Of a stretch of DNA of 64,000 bases, positions 1 to 12,079 are shown in pieces. This stretch comes from Felis catus. Lineage: Eukaryota. The first letter of the stretch is position 1, and each line of letters starts with the position of its first letter. The position numbers and the translations under genes are program-made. The notes under the pieces were generated by a model. It searched no databases and was not told the origin of the DNA. It was given only the letters and a program-made list of their open reading frames with translations. The DNA is taken from contig NC_058368.1 of assembly GCF_018350175.1 (NCBI RefSeq), forward strand, positions 229,030,001-229,094,000, read 5' to 3'.

Positions 1-760
1 CATACATGTTTTTCCATGGCTTGAGAGCTCATTCTTTTTATTGTTCAATAGCATACCATCGTATGGATTTACCACCACATATTTTTCTTTCCATTTCTTT
101 TCTAATCCTTCATAATTAGTAATTGCTTCTAGCTTCTGGAGATTATGAATAAAGTTTTTATTAGCATTTGCATGCAGATTTTTATGTGAGCATAAGTTTC
201 CCAATGTGTAGGATCAATGTCTAGGATTGTGATTGCTGGATCACATATGGTAAACCTATGTTTACCTGCATAAGAAACTGTCAAACCGCTTTCCAAATTT
301 GCTCTAGCATTTTTCATTTAACCAGCATTTAAAAAAAAGCTCTTCCTGGGGCGCCTGGGTGGCGCAGTCGGTTAAGCGTCCGACTTCAGCCAGGTCACGA
401 TCTCGCGGTCCTTGACTTCGAGCCCCGCGTCGGGCTCTGGGCTGATGGCTCAGAGCCTGGAGCCTGTTTCCCATTCTGTGTCTCCCTCTCTCTCTGCCCC
501 TCCCCCGTTCATGCTCTGTCTCTCTCTGTCCCAAAAATAAATAAACGTTGAAAAAAAATAAAAAAAGCTCTTCCTTCTCTACATCCTCACCAGCATTTGA
601 TATTGTCAGATTTGTTTTTAATTAGCCATTCTAACAGAATATAATGTTACCTCATATTTAATTTGCTGTTCCCCAATGGCCAGTGGTATTGAGCATGTTT
701 TCATATACTTATTTACCACCTTTATACCTTCTCTGTTGAGGTATCTCCACTGATTTCTGA
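1..760 (-). mobile_element. Old L1 (L1M-type) ORF2 3' region fragment, interrupted by a SINE at 348-559
   Basis: Antisense L1 3'-ORF2 motifs, e.g. gattgctggatcacatatggtaa, tagccattctaacag, attgagcatgttttcatatac. Confidence 0.75.
348..559 (+). mobile_element. Young feline Can-SINE (SINEC_Fc-like)
   Basis: ggggcgcctgggtggcgcagtcggttaagcg head with Pol III A/B boxes, CT-rich linker and A tail; TSD aaaaaaagctcttcct at 332-347 and 560-575. Confidence 0.97.
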
Positions 761-814
761 CATCTATGGTTTCTGATGAAAACTCAGCTGTTTGTCATAT
801 TGAGAAATCTATGT

Positions 815-1432
815 CCTATTAGTTTACTAGGGCTACCACAGCAAAACACCACAGACTGTGTGGCTTAAAGAACAGAAATTTAGGGGCGCCTGGGTGGCGC
901 AGTCGGTTAAGCGTCCGATTTCGGCCAGGTCACGATCTCGCGGTCTGTGAGTTCGAGCCCTGCGTCGGGCTCTGGGCTGATGGCTCAGAGCCTGGAGCCT
1001 GTTTCCGATTCTGTGTCTCCCTCTCTCTCTGCCCCTCACGCCGTTCATGCTCTGTCTCTCTCTGTCCCAAAAATAAAAAATAAAACGTTGAAAAAAAACC
1101 CAGAAATTTATTTTTTTCATAATTCTGGAAGCTCAAGTTCAAGATCGAAGTATAAGCAGGATTGATTTCTCCTGAAGTCCTTCTCCCTGGCTTTCATATA
1201 GAGGTCTCTCATTGAGTTCTCACCTGGCCTTTCTTTTGTGCTTATGCATTCCGGTCTCTTCCTCTGCTTACAATGACATCAGTCCTATTATATTAGATTT
1301 CTACCCTTATGACCTCATTTAACTTGAATTACCTTCTTAAAGGATTTATCTCCAAAGTCAGTCATAGCAGGAGTTAGAACTTCAACAGAATTCATAAATT
1401 CTGTTTGGGTGTACACAATTCAATTCATAACA
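815..1432 (-). mobile_element. MaLR LTR (MLT1B/C-like), split by a SINE
   Basis: tattagtttactagggctacc...ggcttaaagaacagaaattta, cccttatgacctcatttaacttgaattacc, ends cataaca; flanks tatgt/aatgt resemble a 5-bp TSD. Confidence 0.8.
883..1100 (+). mobile_element. Young feline Can-SINE (SINEC_Fc-like)
   Basis: Full head-to-tail SINE; TSD cagaaattta at 873-882 and 1101-1110. Confidence 0.97.
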
Positions 1433-3170
1433 AATGTAATAAATCATCTCTCTGTTTTTTTTTAAAATCTCTTTTCCTTTATCTTTCAACAGGTTGATTT
1501 TGATGTGAAATTTGAGCTTCTTTGAGTTTATCAAAATTGGCATTGAAATTCTTGGCAGTGTAGATTAATGCTGATCATCAAATTTGAAAAATTTAGGCCA
1601 CTGTTTTTTATAATACTAAATCTCTCTCGCCACTTCCTGGGACTCCATTATGTGTATGTTGGTGTGCTTTATGGTTTTCTAGAGGTCTCTAAGGTTTTGT
1701 TTATTTTTCTTCTTTTTTTTTTTCTGCTTTTAAAATTAGATAACCTCAGTTTTCTCTTGCCAGCTTAAATCTCCCATGATAGCCATTCCAGTGAGGTTTT
1801 CATCAGTCACTATAATTTTCAAGTCTTGAATTTTTATTTGGGTCTCATAATTTTTATAACTTTATGAATATTCTCTATGCAATGCGACATTATTCTCATA
1901 GTTTCCTTTAGTTTGTTTAGCATAATATTATACATTAAATTTTTTTAACCTCAAAATTTATATGTTTGAATTGTAACTCCCAATGTGATTTTATTTGGAG
2001 ATAGGACTCTCAAGGAGGTAGTTAAAGTCAAATGGCATCATAAGGGCTCTAAAGTGATAGGATTGATATCCTTGTAAAAAAAAAAAGTGAGAGACACTAG
2101 AGCCCCCAACCCTCTCTCTCCACAGAGAGTGGCCATGTGAAGACACACTGAGCAGGTGCTGTCTTCAGGCTGAGAGGAAATGTGTCATCCAAAACAAACC
2201 CTCTTGGCACTTTGATCTTGGATACTCAGCCCCCAGAACTGTGAGAAAATGAAGGTATATTGCTGTCCATGCAAGCCAGAGAGTGTATTTTGTTATGGCA
2301 CCTCTAGGAAATTAACACATATGGTTTCCTTCATTTCTTTTAACATATTTAAGACACCCAATTTTAAGGCTTTTTTTGGGGGGAAGTCCAACATCTGTAC
2401 TCCTTGATGGACAGTTTCTATTTACTTGGTTTTGTTTTGCTTGAATGTGATACACACATTCATGCTGCATTGCATAGTTCATAAGTTTAGGTTGAAAATT
2501 GGCCACTTTAATCAATAGAACTTTGCTGAAGTAACTCTATAAAGACTATGTTTTGTTTGTCTGTTTTGTTGTTTTGTATTTTTGCATGTGGAAACTAAAG
2601 TCTTCTCAGCTTATTGGTCAACATATAATTGTACTGAGGTTTCTTTCAATGACTGGAACTGATATTCTCCCGGATTTTGCTAAATAATTCTGTGTGCATG
2701 TTGGGTCGCACCTTCAATGATCAGACAGGCAGGAAAGGCAATTTTGCCTGAGTAAACTCTGATTAGGTATAAAAAAAGATAAGCCTTGTCAGTGGGTACT
2801 TCCAGGCAACTGCCAGAAAAGTCAAATAATCACAGTTCTCTTAAAATAATACTTTTGGTGAGGTCCAGACTCCTTCTACCTCCTCCAGAGACCGCTAAGC
2901 TACTCTTTGTTCCCATGATTGTGGAACTATTGGTTTTTAAAGTTACTCCGGATTTGTGGAGAGGGGAAAGGCAATGGAACAAGTTAAAATATACAAAGTT
3001 CACTGTTTTTAACAAGAGCCAATTGTTTTTTTGAATAAACACTTTCTATTGTTGCAAACATTTGGTTAATTTCAAGAGTTCTGAAAAATTCAATTTTGAC
3101 AATTTTTGCCATGTTTTCATAGCATTTATGGAGGAATAGATTTTTGGAGTTTCCTACTCCACCATCCCCA
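1433..3170 (-). mobile_element. Old L1M fragments (5'/ORF1-side region), interrupted by an MLT1 LTR
   Basis: T-rich antisense L1-like sequence, e.g. atcaaatttgaaaaatttaggcc, ctgggactccattatgtgtatgttgg; highly diverged. Confidence 0.55.
1926..2319 (+). mobile_element. MaLR LTR (MLT1A/B-like)
   Basis: cccaatgtgattttatttggagatagg, ggccatgtgaagacac, ggcactttgatcttgga...ccagaactgtgagaaaat, tattttgttatggca. Confidence 0.85.
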
Positions 3171-3890
3171 CTAACAACATCTTGCTGTAAATTAAAGAAA
3201 ATTAAATGCAAATTAAAAATATGTAAAATAAGGGAATTATTAATAAGAGAATATTTAGGTATTGGGTGGACACAAATGCTAAAACTATTCAAGCAATGCT
3301 TAATTGCAAAACCTTTGCATTGGTTAATAAATATTAAAAGAGAGAAATTGTTTCATATTATCTCATTGAAAATGATGTATAACCAATTATTCTTTGCTTT
3401 GAATTTAAGCTCAGTATGTAATTTTTAATCTTACCAATTCCATACCAAATTAATTCATATCATATCCTTGAAAGACTGAGTGTATCTTTCTTAGAGACAA
3501 AGAGAAATGCAGTAATATCTAGTGTCTTGTTTAAACTCTGGGTTTTGACTACAAAGTAAATCCCAACACTGTCTTTTACAAATGTATTTCCCTGGACAAC
3601 ATATAAAATATGGGAGTTTTTTCCTAAGACACAAGACTGGTAGGATGACCTCCATTCTGTGCTGACCAGCCAGTACATTCATTTCCCTTGGCCCTTGGTT
3701 GTTCAAAGTTTATACTTATCAGATAAATTAGCTTTATTTATCTCACATACATCTGTGTATGTTTCTTATGAGGTACTATACTGTGTCACAGTCTGTCTCC
3801 CTTTCTGTTTCTCTGTATTCATAGAATTTTACTCCTAAGAAAAAAATTAACAAGAAGGTAAGATGGGGAGACAGGAAGGTTGAGGATACT

Positions 3891-4454
3891 ATATTCATTT
3901 TCTATTTTTGCTATAACGAACCCAAAATCAAACAATGCAAACTTATTCTTAGAATTCTTTAAATCTGATGTCTGGTAAGAAACTCACTAAACTAAAATCA
4001 GGATTTTAAGTCACCGTTTCTTTCCTGGAAGCTTAAAAACAGGACCAATTTCCTGTTTCTTTGGGTTGTTGGTAGAATTTATTTCTGTGGGGCTATAGCA
4101 CTGGGTTCCTGTGTCATTCTTGGCTGTCAGCTGAGGACTGTATCCAGCTTCTATGATTTGCTGTATTTCTTGCCTCGAGGGCCTCTTTCTCCGTCTTCAA
4201 TGCCAGCAAAGACAATTTGTGTCTTCTTGTGCCATAGTCCTCTGAACTAGCCAAAAAACATTTTCTGCACTTAAGGAATTACGTGATTACATGAGTCCAC
4301 ATAGATAATCCAGAATAATCTCACCTTCTTAAGGTCCATGTACTTAATCACATCTGCTAAGTTCCCTAAACCATGTAAGGAAACATATTTTCAGGTTCTG
4401 AGAATTAGGATGCACACATCCACAGGTTGGGAAGGCATTATTTCACGTACCACA
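3891..4454 (-). mobile_element. MaLR LTR (MLT1D/E-like)
   Basis: gttgttggtagaatttatttc, tggctgtcagctgagg, gataatccagaataatctc, cttaatcacatctgctaagttccc. Confidence 0.75.
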
Positions 4455-6234
4455 GCGACAAATCATTGGCATATTTCCACTGAATTTTGGGAATGTAATG
4501 CCCGTAAATTAAAACTTTGTATCAGGAACAGAGAGGGAAGAAACGTGTTACTAGAGATTTACCCCCAAAGAACGCAGTTTCTTCTGTTGATGAATTTTGG
4601 AAATGTCAGGAAGGCAGATGAGATAGGGAGAGAATAAACTGTTTTCAGATCTGCATATCTACAGTAGATGGAAATCAGACAAACAATGCAGGCATTCCTC
4701 AGGTTTGTAAAACTCAACCTGCCTTTCAGATACAGATCTGAGAATAGGTAGGATGTGGATAAAACCCAAGCAGAAGAGAGGGTGAATGAGCCTCTTCTAA
4801 CTAATCTGTTGGAAATAACCCAATCTGAGGTAATGGGAGTAAGTAATGAAACAACAAATATTGGAACTATGAAGAAAAGACCAGTGGCCAAGGAAAATTC
4901 AAGCACTTTCTGAAGACAGAGAGAGCAACAGAAAGACAATGGTCTAAAATGGTAACTATAAAGACAAACAAATAAACGTTGGTAATCTTACCCCAAATCA
5001 GTAATCCTATCCTGAAGTTGCCAAAAGAAAACTTCCTCCACGAGGAAGTTTAAAAACTGAACAAAAAGAGACTTTGTGTAGCTGAAAAGGAAATGAAAAT
5101 GTAAAGAACGATTGTGAAACTTAAAAACATAGCAGAATTTAAATCTGGTTTGCAGATTAAATATGTGTTACATGCAGAGGGCAGATTCTCTCGTGTATTT
5201 GTAGAAATTGTATTTAAACACATGCATTCATAAATACAAAAATGTCCTTGCGTAATTTTAGGAAGTATATGATAAAATATGTAATGTTTCTAAAAAGAAG
5301 AATAGTGTTAAGATTAACGGTAAGGAAATTACTACTAATTTATCAAGCTGAAATTGCTATCATGGCAAACCACCGATTTTCCTTACACATTTCTAAAATT
5401 ATTGTGTTTGGAAGACTTGTTTTCTTTCTGAGTACGACTTTGTTATCTTTTGTAAATTACAAAATATTCAGAAAAAAAAAAAAGGAATTTCGTCTGCGGT
5501 CGCTAAGAAAAGCCTCGGTAATATATTCTGATCTCTTTATTCACATAGATGTACTATACAGGCCACATTTTAATTACAGAAAAATAGTGATATTTGAGTT
5601 GCAGTGATGCAAATTAAACATATTCTTCTATAAGTGAAGAAATTATTATAGGGCCTGTAGCTCAGAGAGATACTTTACATTGTCAGCTGTAAATTTTCTG
5701 GATTCCCAAGGGATATTACTTCATGTGCCTTCCATCACTGTTATCGGGAGTTGGATTACACAACAAATTTCATGCTTTAAGAAGGCATTTCCAATTAAGA
5801 TTTTGTTGCCTGATATTAACGATCTACTTTTGAAATGGAATTAATTCTGATCATTAGTTTAATAGTTTCCTTTCTAGACAATGAACACCAGGCAAAATAT
5901 AGCTCTATTTTTAGGGTAAAATAAAACCTTGTTTTGAAGGGTACTAGATAAAATTATGCAAAAAACGAGAGAATTTAGCTTCTCATATAAAACAAGTGAC
6001 TTACTTTGTCCGAAAGTTAATTGCCGTGCACTTGAATGACTTTAACTCAAGAGCTAAGTTTCACCACCTCTACACTCATGAGATCCATCCAAAATAAATG
6101 TTTCTAAAACCTCTATTCATCAGGTTGTCTCATCAAATGAAATGTATTTTTCACATAGATGGTAATATATTATTGAATAGGAATGACCCCTACCCTCTTT
6201 TTTTTTTTTTTTTTAATGATAAGATGTCTCTGCA

Positions 6235-6427
6235 CCTGACTCTGTCAGTTGCTAATTGCGTGACCTTGAGTGTTACTAACCTTTCACACATCTCTGTTGC
6301 CTCATCTGGAAACCATTAAAAATGTAGTCCATATTTATTGGAGTGTTGTGATATTTAAATGATTTAATACAGGTAACTTGTCTTGAAAAGTGCCTGGCAT
6401 TTAGCGGGCACCCTGATATTAGTTATT
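6235..6427 (+). mobile_element. MIR SINE relic
   Basis: MIR core tgtgaccttgag...cctcatctggaaa...aagtgcctggcatttag. Confidence 0.7.
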
Positions 6428-6755
6428 TTATGATAAAAATTATTATTAATATCATTATTTAGATAATAAAATATAAATATAATGTATTAGTCATCCTTTT
6501 CATTATTAACATGAAATAGATTTATTTAAACATAATTTTAAGAAACAAATATATTTTGAAAATGATGTGCAAGAAACAAAAATCATTTTCTGATTTTAAA
6601 TAATTTGTTTTGAAATATAAGAATCCTTCCTGGTTTCATTCTCACAATTAAAGTAAATTAGAACAGACTTAGGTATTATATCTACATATATGAATACATT
6701 TACATGTATTAAAATTATCTAAAAATTTTAAATATTTTAAATAATCCAATATTTA

Positions 6756-6966
6756 TTTTTTTTCAATGTTTATTTATTTTTGGGACAGACAGAGACAGAG
6801 CATGAACGGGGGAGGGGCAGAGAGAGAGGGAGACACAGAATCGGAAACAGGCTCCAGGCTCTGAGCCATCAGCCCAGAGCCCGACGCGGGGCTCGAACTC
6901 ACGGACCGCGAGATCGTGACCTGGCTGAAGTCGGACGCTTAACCGACTGTGCCACCCAGGCGCCCC
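6756..6966 (-). mobile_element. Very young feline Can-SINE (SINEC_Fc-like)
   Basis: CpG-rich full-length copy; perfect 16-bp TSD aataatccaatattta at 6740-6755 and 6967-6982. Confidence 0.98.
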
Positions 6967-8004
6967 AATAATCCAATATTTAAAACTAACATCCCATTTC
7001 CTAAAGTTGAAATTTAGCCAACATACCATCCTTTACATTCTGAAACCATGAATTCAGACTCTCATTTTTTAGACCACTACTTTCACGACTTCAACAAATA
7101 GACCCAAGAGCATGACATTCTAACAATTTTGTAGTCTTGACCATTGGAGTTATCAGTATCTGATAATATATTAATTTAAATATGCAAGCCACACCTCAAG
7201 GTCAACCTACCTCTAAATCAGTTATGTGATACTAACTTCATCTTCTGCCTCCCCCGTACCATTGTACCATGAATTATTGACTCCCAAAATCTTGATTACT
7301 TCTTCCTTCCCACAATTTGAATCACTTACCATGTACTTGTATAGTTTCATTTATAATGCCTGTTATTCTTACCTCCATTTCCAGGCCTTGTCTTTATCTA
7401 TCATATGCAAATACTCCGTTAATTACTAATTCTTCATTCTTTATTTGCTCTGCATTTCAGTTTATACTTTATAGCACTGCAAAGAGACCCTTCCTTAAAT
7501 ACCCATTTCTCCATGTGACTTCCATTCTCAAAAGCCTTCAACAACTCTGCAGTACTAACTCTGTAGAGCCCAGGTCATGTGTTTGCTGTAAAAGTTCTAA
7601 GAGACCCTGGACAAACTTTGCATCATGGAACCTTTGTACATTTCCTGATCTTTGAAATGCCTCCCATTCTACTTACTTTTACAAACCATTCTCATCTTCA
7701 TGCTTTTATTTAGTATAATGCATGGGATTATCTAGACTCCTAATTTTCTAACTACTCCTCAGACTCACCAAGTATATCCTTGCCTCAGTACCTTGAACAT
7801 GCAGCTTCATCTGCCTGGAGTATCCACATGGAACCTCCCCCGACTTCAGATTTTTGCTGACTGTTGCCTCTTTCTCCAGACATCTGTCTTCCTCCCATCC
7901 TCACCGCATGTACCAACATCTTCCTGCTCCACCACTTTATACTCAATTACCATCATGTTACATTTTCTCAGGTAGGACCTTGAAACATCTAAAATTGTAC
8001 AACA

Positions 8005-8361
8005 CAGCTGTGCCACCTTACCTGTAGTTCCTCTGTCCATAGTTTCAGTGGCCAATCACAGTCTGGGAGCAGACGATCCTCCTTCTGATGTATTGTCAAC
8101 GCATGAATGGTAGCCCAACACAACGTCACAGTGCCTACATCATCCACTTAGCTTCATCTCAACACATTGGCATTATATCATCTGAGGAAGGGTGAGAACA
8201 GTACAGTAATTTGAGAGGAGAGAGACAGAGATGTCATACAAGCATTTTATTACAATATATCATTGTAATTGTTCTATTGTATTCTTAGTTTATTGTTACA
8301 CTCTTACTTTGCCTAATTTATGAATTAAACTTTATTGTAGGGAATTATGCATAGGGAACAA

Positions 8362-8414
<53 letters not shown>

Positions 8415-8484
8415 TTAGTGTATCTGCAGTTTCAGACATCCACCGGTCTTGGAATATATCTCCCATGGTTAAGGGGGGCTACTG
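8005..8484 (-). mobile_element. TcMar-Tigger non-autonomous DNA transposon (Tigger2a/MER28-like)
   Basis: Degenerate TIRs cagctgtgccacctta / taaggggggctactg; body motif tgcctaatttatgaattaaactttat; contains a (TA)n expansion. Confidence 0.75.
8366..8410. repeat. (TA)n microsatellite
   Basis: About 22 TA units read directly. Confidence 0.95.
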
Positions 8485-10203
8485 GGTATTTATTTGAGAA
8501 ATAATTCAGTATTTATTTTCTGTCTTTCCCTCTAAAACATGTCTGAGATATAAGGGACTTTGTCTATTTTTGTCCCTGGCATATTCTCAGTGGTGTAAGT
8601 AGGTTTTCAAACATGTTGAGAATCCCGTAAATGCTTGCTGAATGAGTTAGGATGTCTGATACTAATGGCAGGAATTGAGATGCATGATGCATGATGGGTG
8701 CTTATCCTGAGAAAGGTTTCAGTGAAATATCTTCTCCCTTCAATTCCGGAAAATTACAAGCACAAGATCACATAGATTGTCCTCTAAAAGTTTATTTTTA
8801 CTCTACAGAGCTTTACAATGAGCAAGCATAAAGGACAGACTGGGTCTTTCCATAAGTATTTCTCCAAAAATAAAAATAAAGTATGCCATTTAGTTTGCAC
8901 TGCATTTATTTAGCCATTTTAGGACCGTAATAGCTCATTCAAGTCTCTGCCAATGAACTTTTGCTGTGATCTATGTAGACAGGTAGAACATATTATAAAA
9001 AAATATTCAATTATCCTGAGAACCTTCCAGTATAACAGAAAAATTTGACCTTATTAATGACTCTGCAGTTCTTGGTCTTTCTAATGTGAGTTGGTATTCT
9101 CTCTGATAGCGGTGTTCTCTCTGTCCCAATCAGTGCTCCATGCTAGAGTAAATCATATGTCATTCAAAACCTCCTTGACATGAAATAGGTCACTTCCTAC
9201 CTGTAGTCCAGCCAGACAAAGATTCACCAATTTCCCGTGAATGAGACCTTTAAAGGTCAAAAAAATGTTTCTCTTGGCAGTAATTTTTTCTCTATTCAAT
9301 TTATGTTCAAACACATCTAGTAATTTGCAAATTTGGTAACATATGAAAAAGCCCTGGGATGGCGATTTTTAAAAACAACAATCCAAAGGCTCACCTAGAA
9401 CTGCTAAACCAGAGTCTCAATATGGTGCCTCATAATATTAGAACAGGAAAAAGCCCACCACCAATAAACTGCTTCGAACAATTTTTACACCAGTTTCAGC
9501 AAACATTGATTCAGCCATGTACAATAACATCATAATTTCCAGCAAAAATGTCATAAAGTACATATTTTTCTTGAGACCTAGCGGGCACCCATATGACTAT
9601 TTAATAAGGCGAATTAATATATGCATAGTTATTGCAAAGTTCTCATGATAATTGAGATTCTCTTATACCCTGATTTTAGCTCCCACCACCCATCTGCTGT
9701 CCTCCCCAGGGTTTCTGCACACGTTAAGTGCTTTAGATCTCAGAGTTATTGGCTCCAGGTACCGTGTCCACAGGACTCCGAATATCACTCTCACCATATG
9801 CAAGGGCAGTGTTTATCTCTTTGATTCATATCAACCACACATGAAAATCAACCTCTATTCCTTAGTAGTCTCTGTAGAGGCAAATAAGCAAACATAGGTC
9901 GCTAAAAATTTTATTTTATGGTGTGACGGTCTGTCAAACAAATTTTATTGGAAGTTCAGGAGGTGGAGGTGCTTACACGGCAGTTGTATAAATTGCATAA
10001 ATTTGGATAATAGATCATGCTATGGTCAGGGAAGTAGCGGAATTCCTTTCTGCCATCTTTTGCCACAAACCTAAGTGGCCTTCCTGCCTGATACTGTTAT
10101 CTCTGTCACTCCCTACCACCTCCCATCCCATACCCACAAAGTTCTGATGTGATGCAGGTACTAATTTACCCCTTATTGTTGTTTTGTAGTCATGTTTCCT
10201 AGT

Positions 10204-10387
10204 ATTTATTTATTGTGGGGAGAGTGCAATCAGGGGAGGAGCAGAGAGAGGGGGACAGAGGACCCAAAGTGGGCTCGGTGCTGACAGGCTGACAGTAGCC
10301 AGCCTGATGTGGGGCTCGAACTCACGAACTATGACCTCAATACCTGAGCCGAAGTCAGCCCAACGGACTGAGCCAGCCAGGTGCCCC
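10204..10387 (-). mobile_element. Can-SINE (older subfamily)
   Basis: Antisense SINE ending gagccagccaggtgcccc. Confidence 0.9.
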
Positions 10388-10479
10388 TCATAGTCGTGTT
10401 TAAATACAAGCTCTTAAAACTTCATTTGGAATCCAGAGCCTGGCTAAATTACAGCCTGTGAACCCCATAATGTCTGAGC

Positions 10480-10583
10480 ACTGCAGAGTTGAGTGGTTGC
10501 AATGGAGACTGTATGGATGGCAAGACTAAAATATTTACTAAAATATTAACTGTGGCCCGTTACAGAAAGCTGTCAACCCCTTG
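10480..10583. mobile_element. hAT MER58-like fragment
   Basis: gcagagttgagtggttgcaatggagactgtatgg...ctaaaatatttact...tggcccgttacagaaag. Confidence 0.65.
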
Positions 10584-10989
10584 CTAAGAAACTTCCAGAA
10601 GACTTTGCTAAACAGAGACTCTCCACTCCTTAACAAGACTTATGGGCCAGATATTGTTACATTTATTTTCCCACCCTTTCACTTTTTATCTAGGGAAGTA
10701 TTTGCAGTGCCTGAAAGTAACAGCTGTCCTCCCAATTCTTTCTCCATGTGCCTTATGGAGTACAACATAATATGAAAAATGTATTTTAAACATCAGGTAC
10801 TTTCTCCTGGCAGTCTTCTGAGGGTAGTAACGCTACATGCTGAATAGTCCTTAACTATGTTGGCAGCTTTCTTCTTTTGCAGCTCAAATGCAATATAAAT
10901 AAACCCAGTATGCAACGAATTACTTATTCTCTTCATCTAGAATTGCTGCCATGAGTACGCCTTAGAGAGTCTTCCTCATCACTAATTTT

Positions 10990-11237
10990 TTTAAATTTTT
11001 TAATGTTTATTTATTTTTGAGAGAGAGAGAGAGTACACACGAGGGAGTGGAGAAGGGGCAGAAAGAATGGGAGACAGAATCCAAAGCAGGCTCCAGGCTC
11101 TCAGCTGTCAGCACAGAGCCCGAAGCGAGGCTCAGACACAGGGACCAGGAGATCATGATCTGAGCCAAGGTCAGACACATAACCAAATGAGCCACCCAAG
11201 CGCCGCCCCTCCCCCCCCCCCCCCCCCCCCCCCCGCC
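10990..11237 (-). mobile_element. Can-SINE with a poly-G extension at its 5' end
   Basis: TSD catcactaatttt at 10977-10989 and 11238-11250 encloses the SINE plus a C-run at about 11206-11237. Confidence 0.93.
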
Positions 11238-12079
11238 CATCACTAATTTTAATTTTTTCAAGTTTGCATCTAGTCCGTCATTTTCTACTCTGGATATTCT
11301 GACTGAAAAGAACCATAGTTAGATTAAGGGAAGTTTAATTCTACATTTCAGGTTGTTGGCTGTACTTACTGCTTCCTCCAACTCAGTGCTCAGCCATCCC
11401 TTCATTTCTCCTCGAAGGAGGTGAGACCTATACTCTGAACATCCCATTTGCAAATACTGCTTTCTGACTGTGCCCGATAGGCTGGATGCATAAAAAATTT
11501 GTTCACACTGCCATCAGGGAGCCTGTTTAATCACACCAAGGCTGTTTCATTGCAGCTGAGTTTCCTCTGGAACCCAGGGCCAATAGGTCAGGTTGAGTTC
11601 AGGCAAAATCTTCCACAGGTCTTCTGGGAGAATGCACGAATGAACTTGGCTTAAAATTACTAACATCAAGATTAAGTTTTGACTGAGAGGGAAGTTTGCC
11701 TCCCTAGCTTACATATCTCATTGGTCCTCTTTCCCTCACAGCCAGATCCACTTCTGTATTCCTGAGACCCACAAATTAGAAAAGAATATTATTAAGAAGT
11801 CTGAAGAAGTAGAACATGCCTAGAGATAATCTATGAAGTCTGAAATTTCCAGGAGTAATTCATTATAAATAGCCATGTCTCCTGTTTTCCAGATAAGTTT
11901 GGACCATCCTCCTGTGCTGAAGAAAATCTTTCAGAATTGCCTTTATAGTACAAACTAAAAGGGAAAAAAAGGCCTTTATGCTACAAATTTCCCTATTTTT
12001 AAGCATGTGCAGAATTGTTCTCTCCTGTTTGTTAATACATTGTCTTAACTAGGGACAAGCAAGCCAGCCACTATGAACT

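Larger units (their letters stand above)
7250..8650 (+). mobile_element. L2 LINE relic (3' part), interrupted by a Tigger element
   Basis: CT-rich L2-like body; typical L2 3' end gggactttgtcta...taaatgcttgctgaatgagt. Confidence 0.55.

Noticed and set aside
5600..5900. Octamer ATGCAAAT and homeobox-like motifs in unique AT-rich DNA
   Set aside because: Expected by chance at this AT content; conservation cannot be assessed from the sequence alone
304..7029. Recurrent ORFs such as MGQRETEHERGRGRERGRHR... and ...GSEPSAQSP... (also near 20 kb, 36 kb, 52 kb, 56 kb)
   Set aside because: These are translations of Can-SINE sequence, not a gene family
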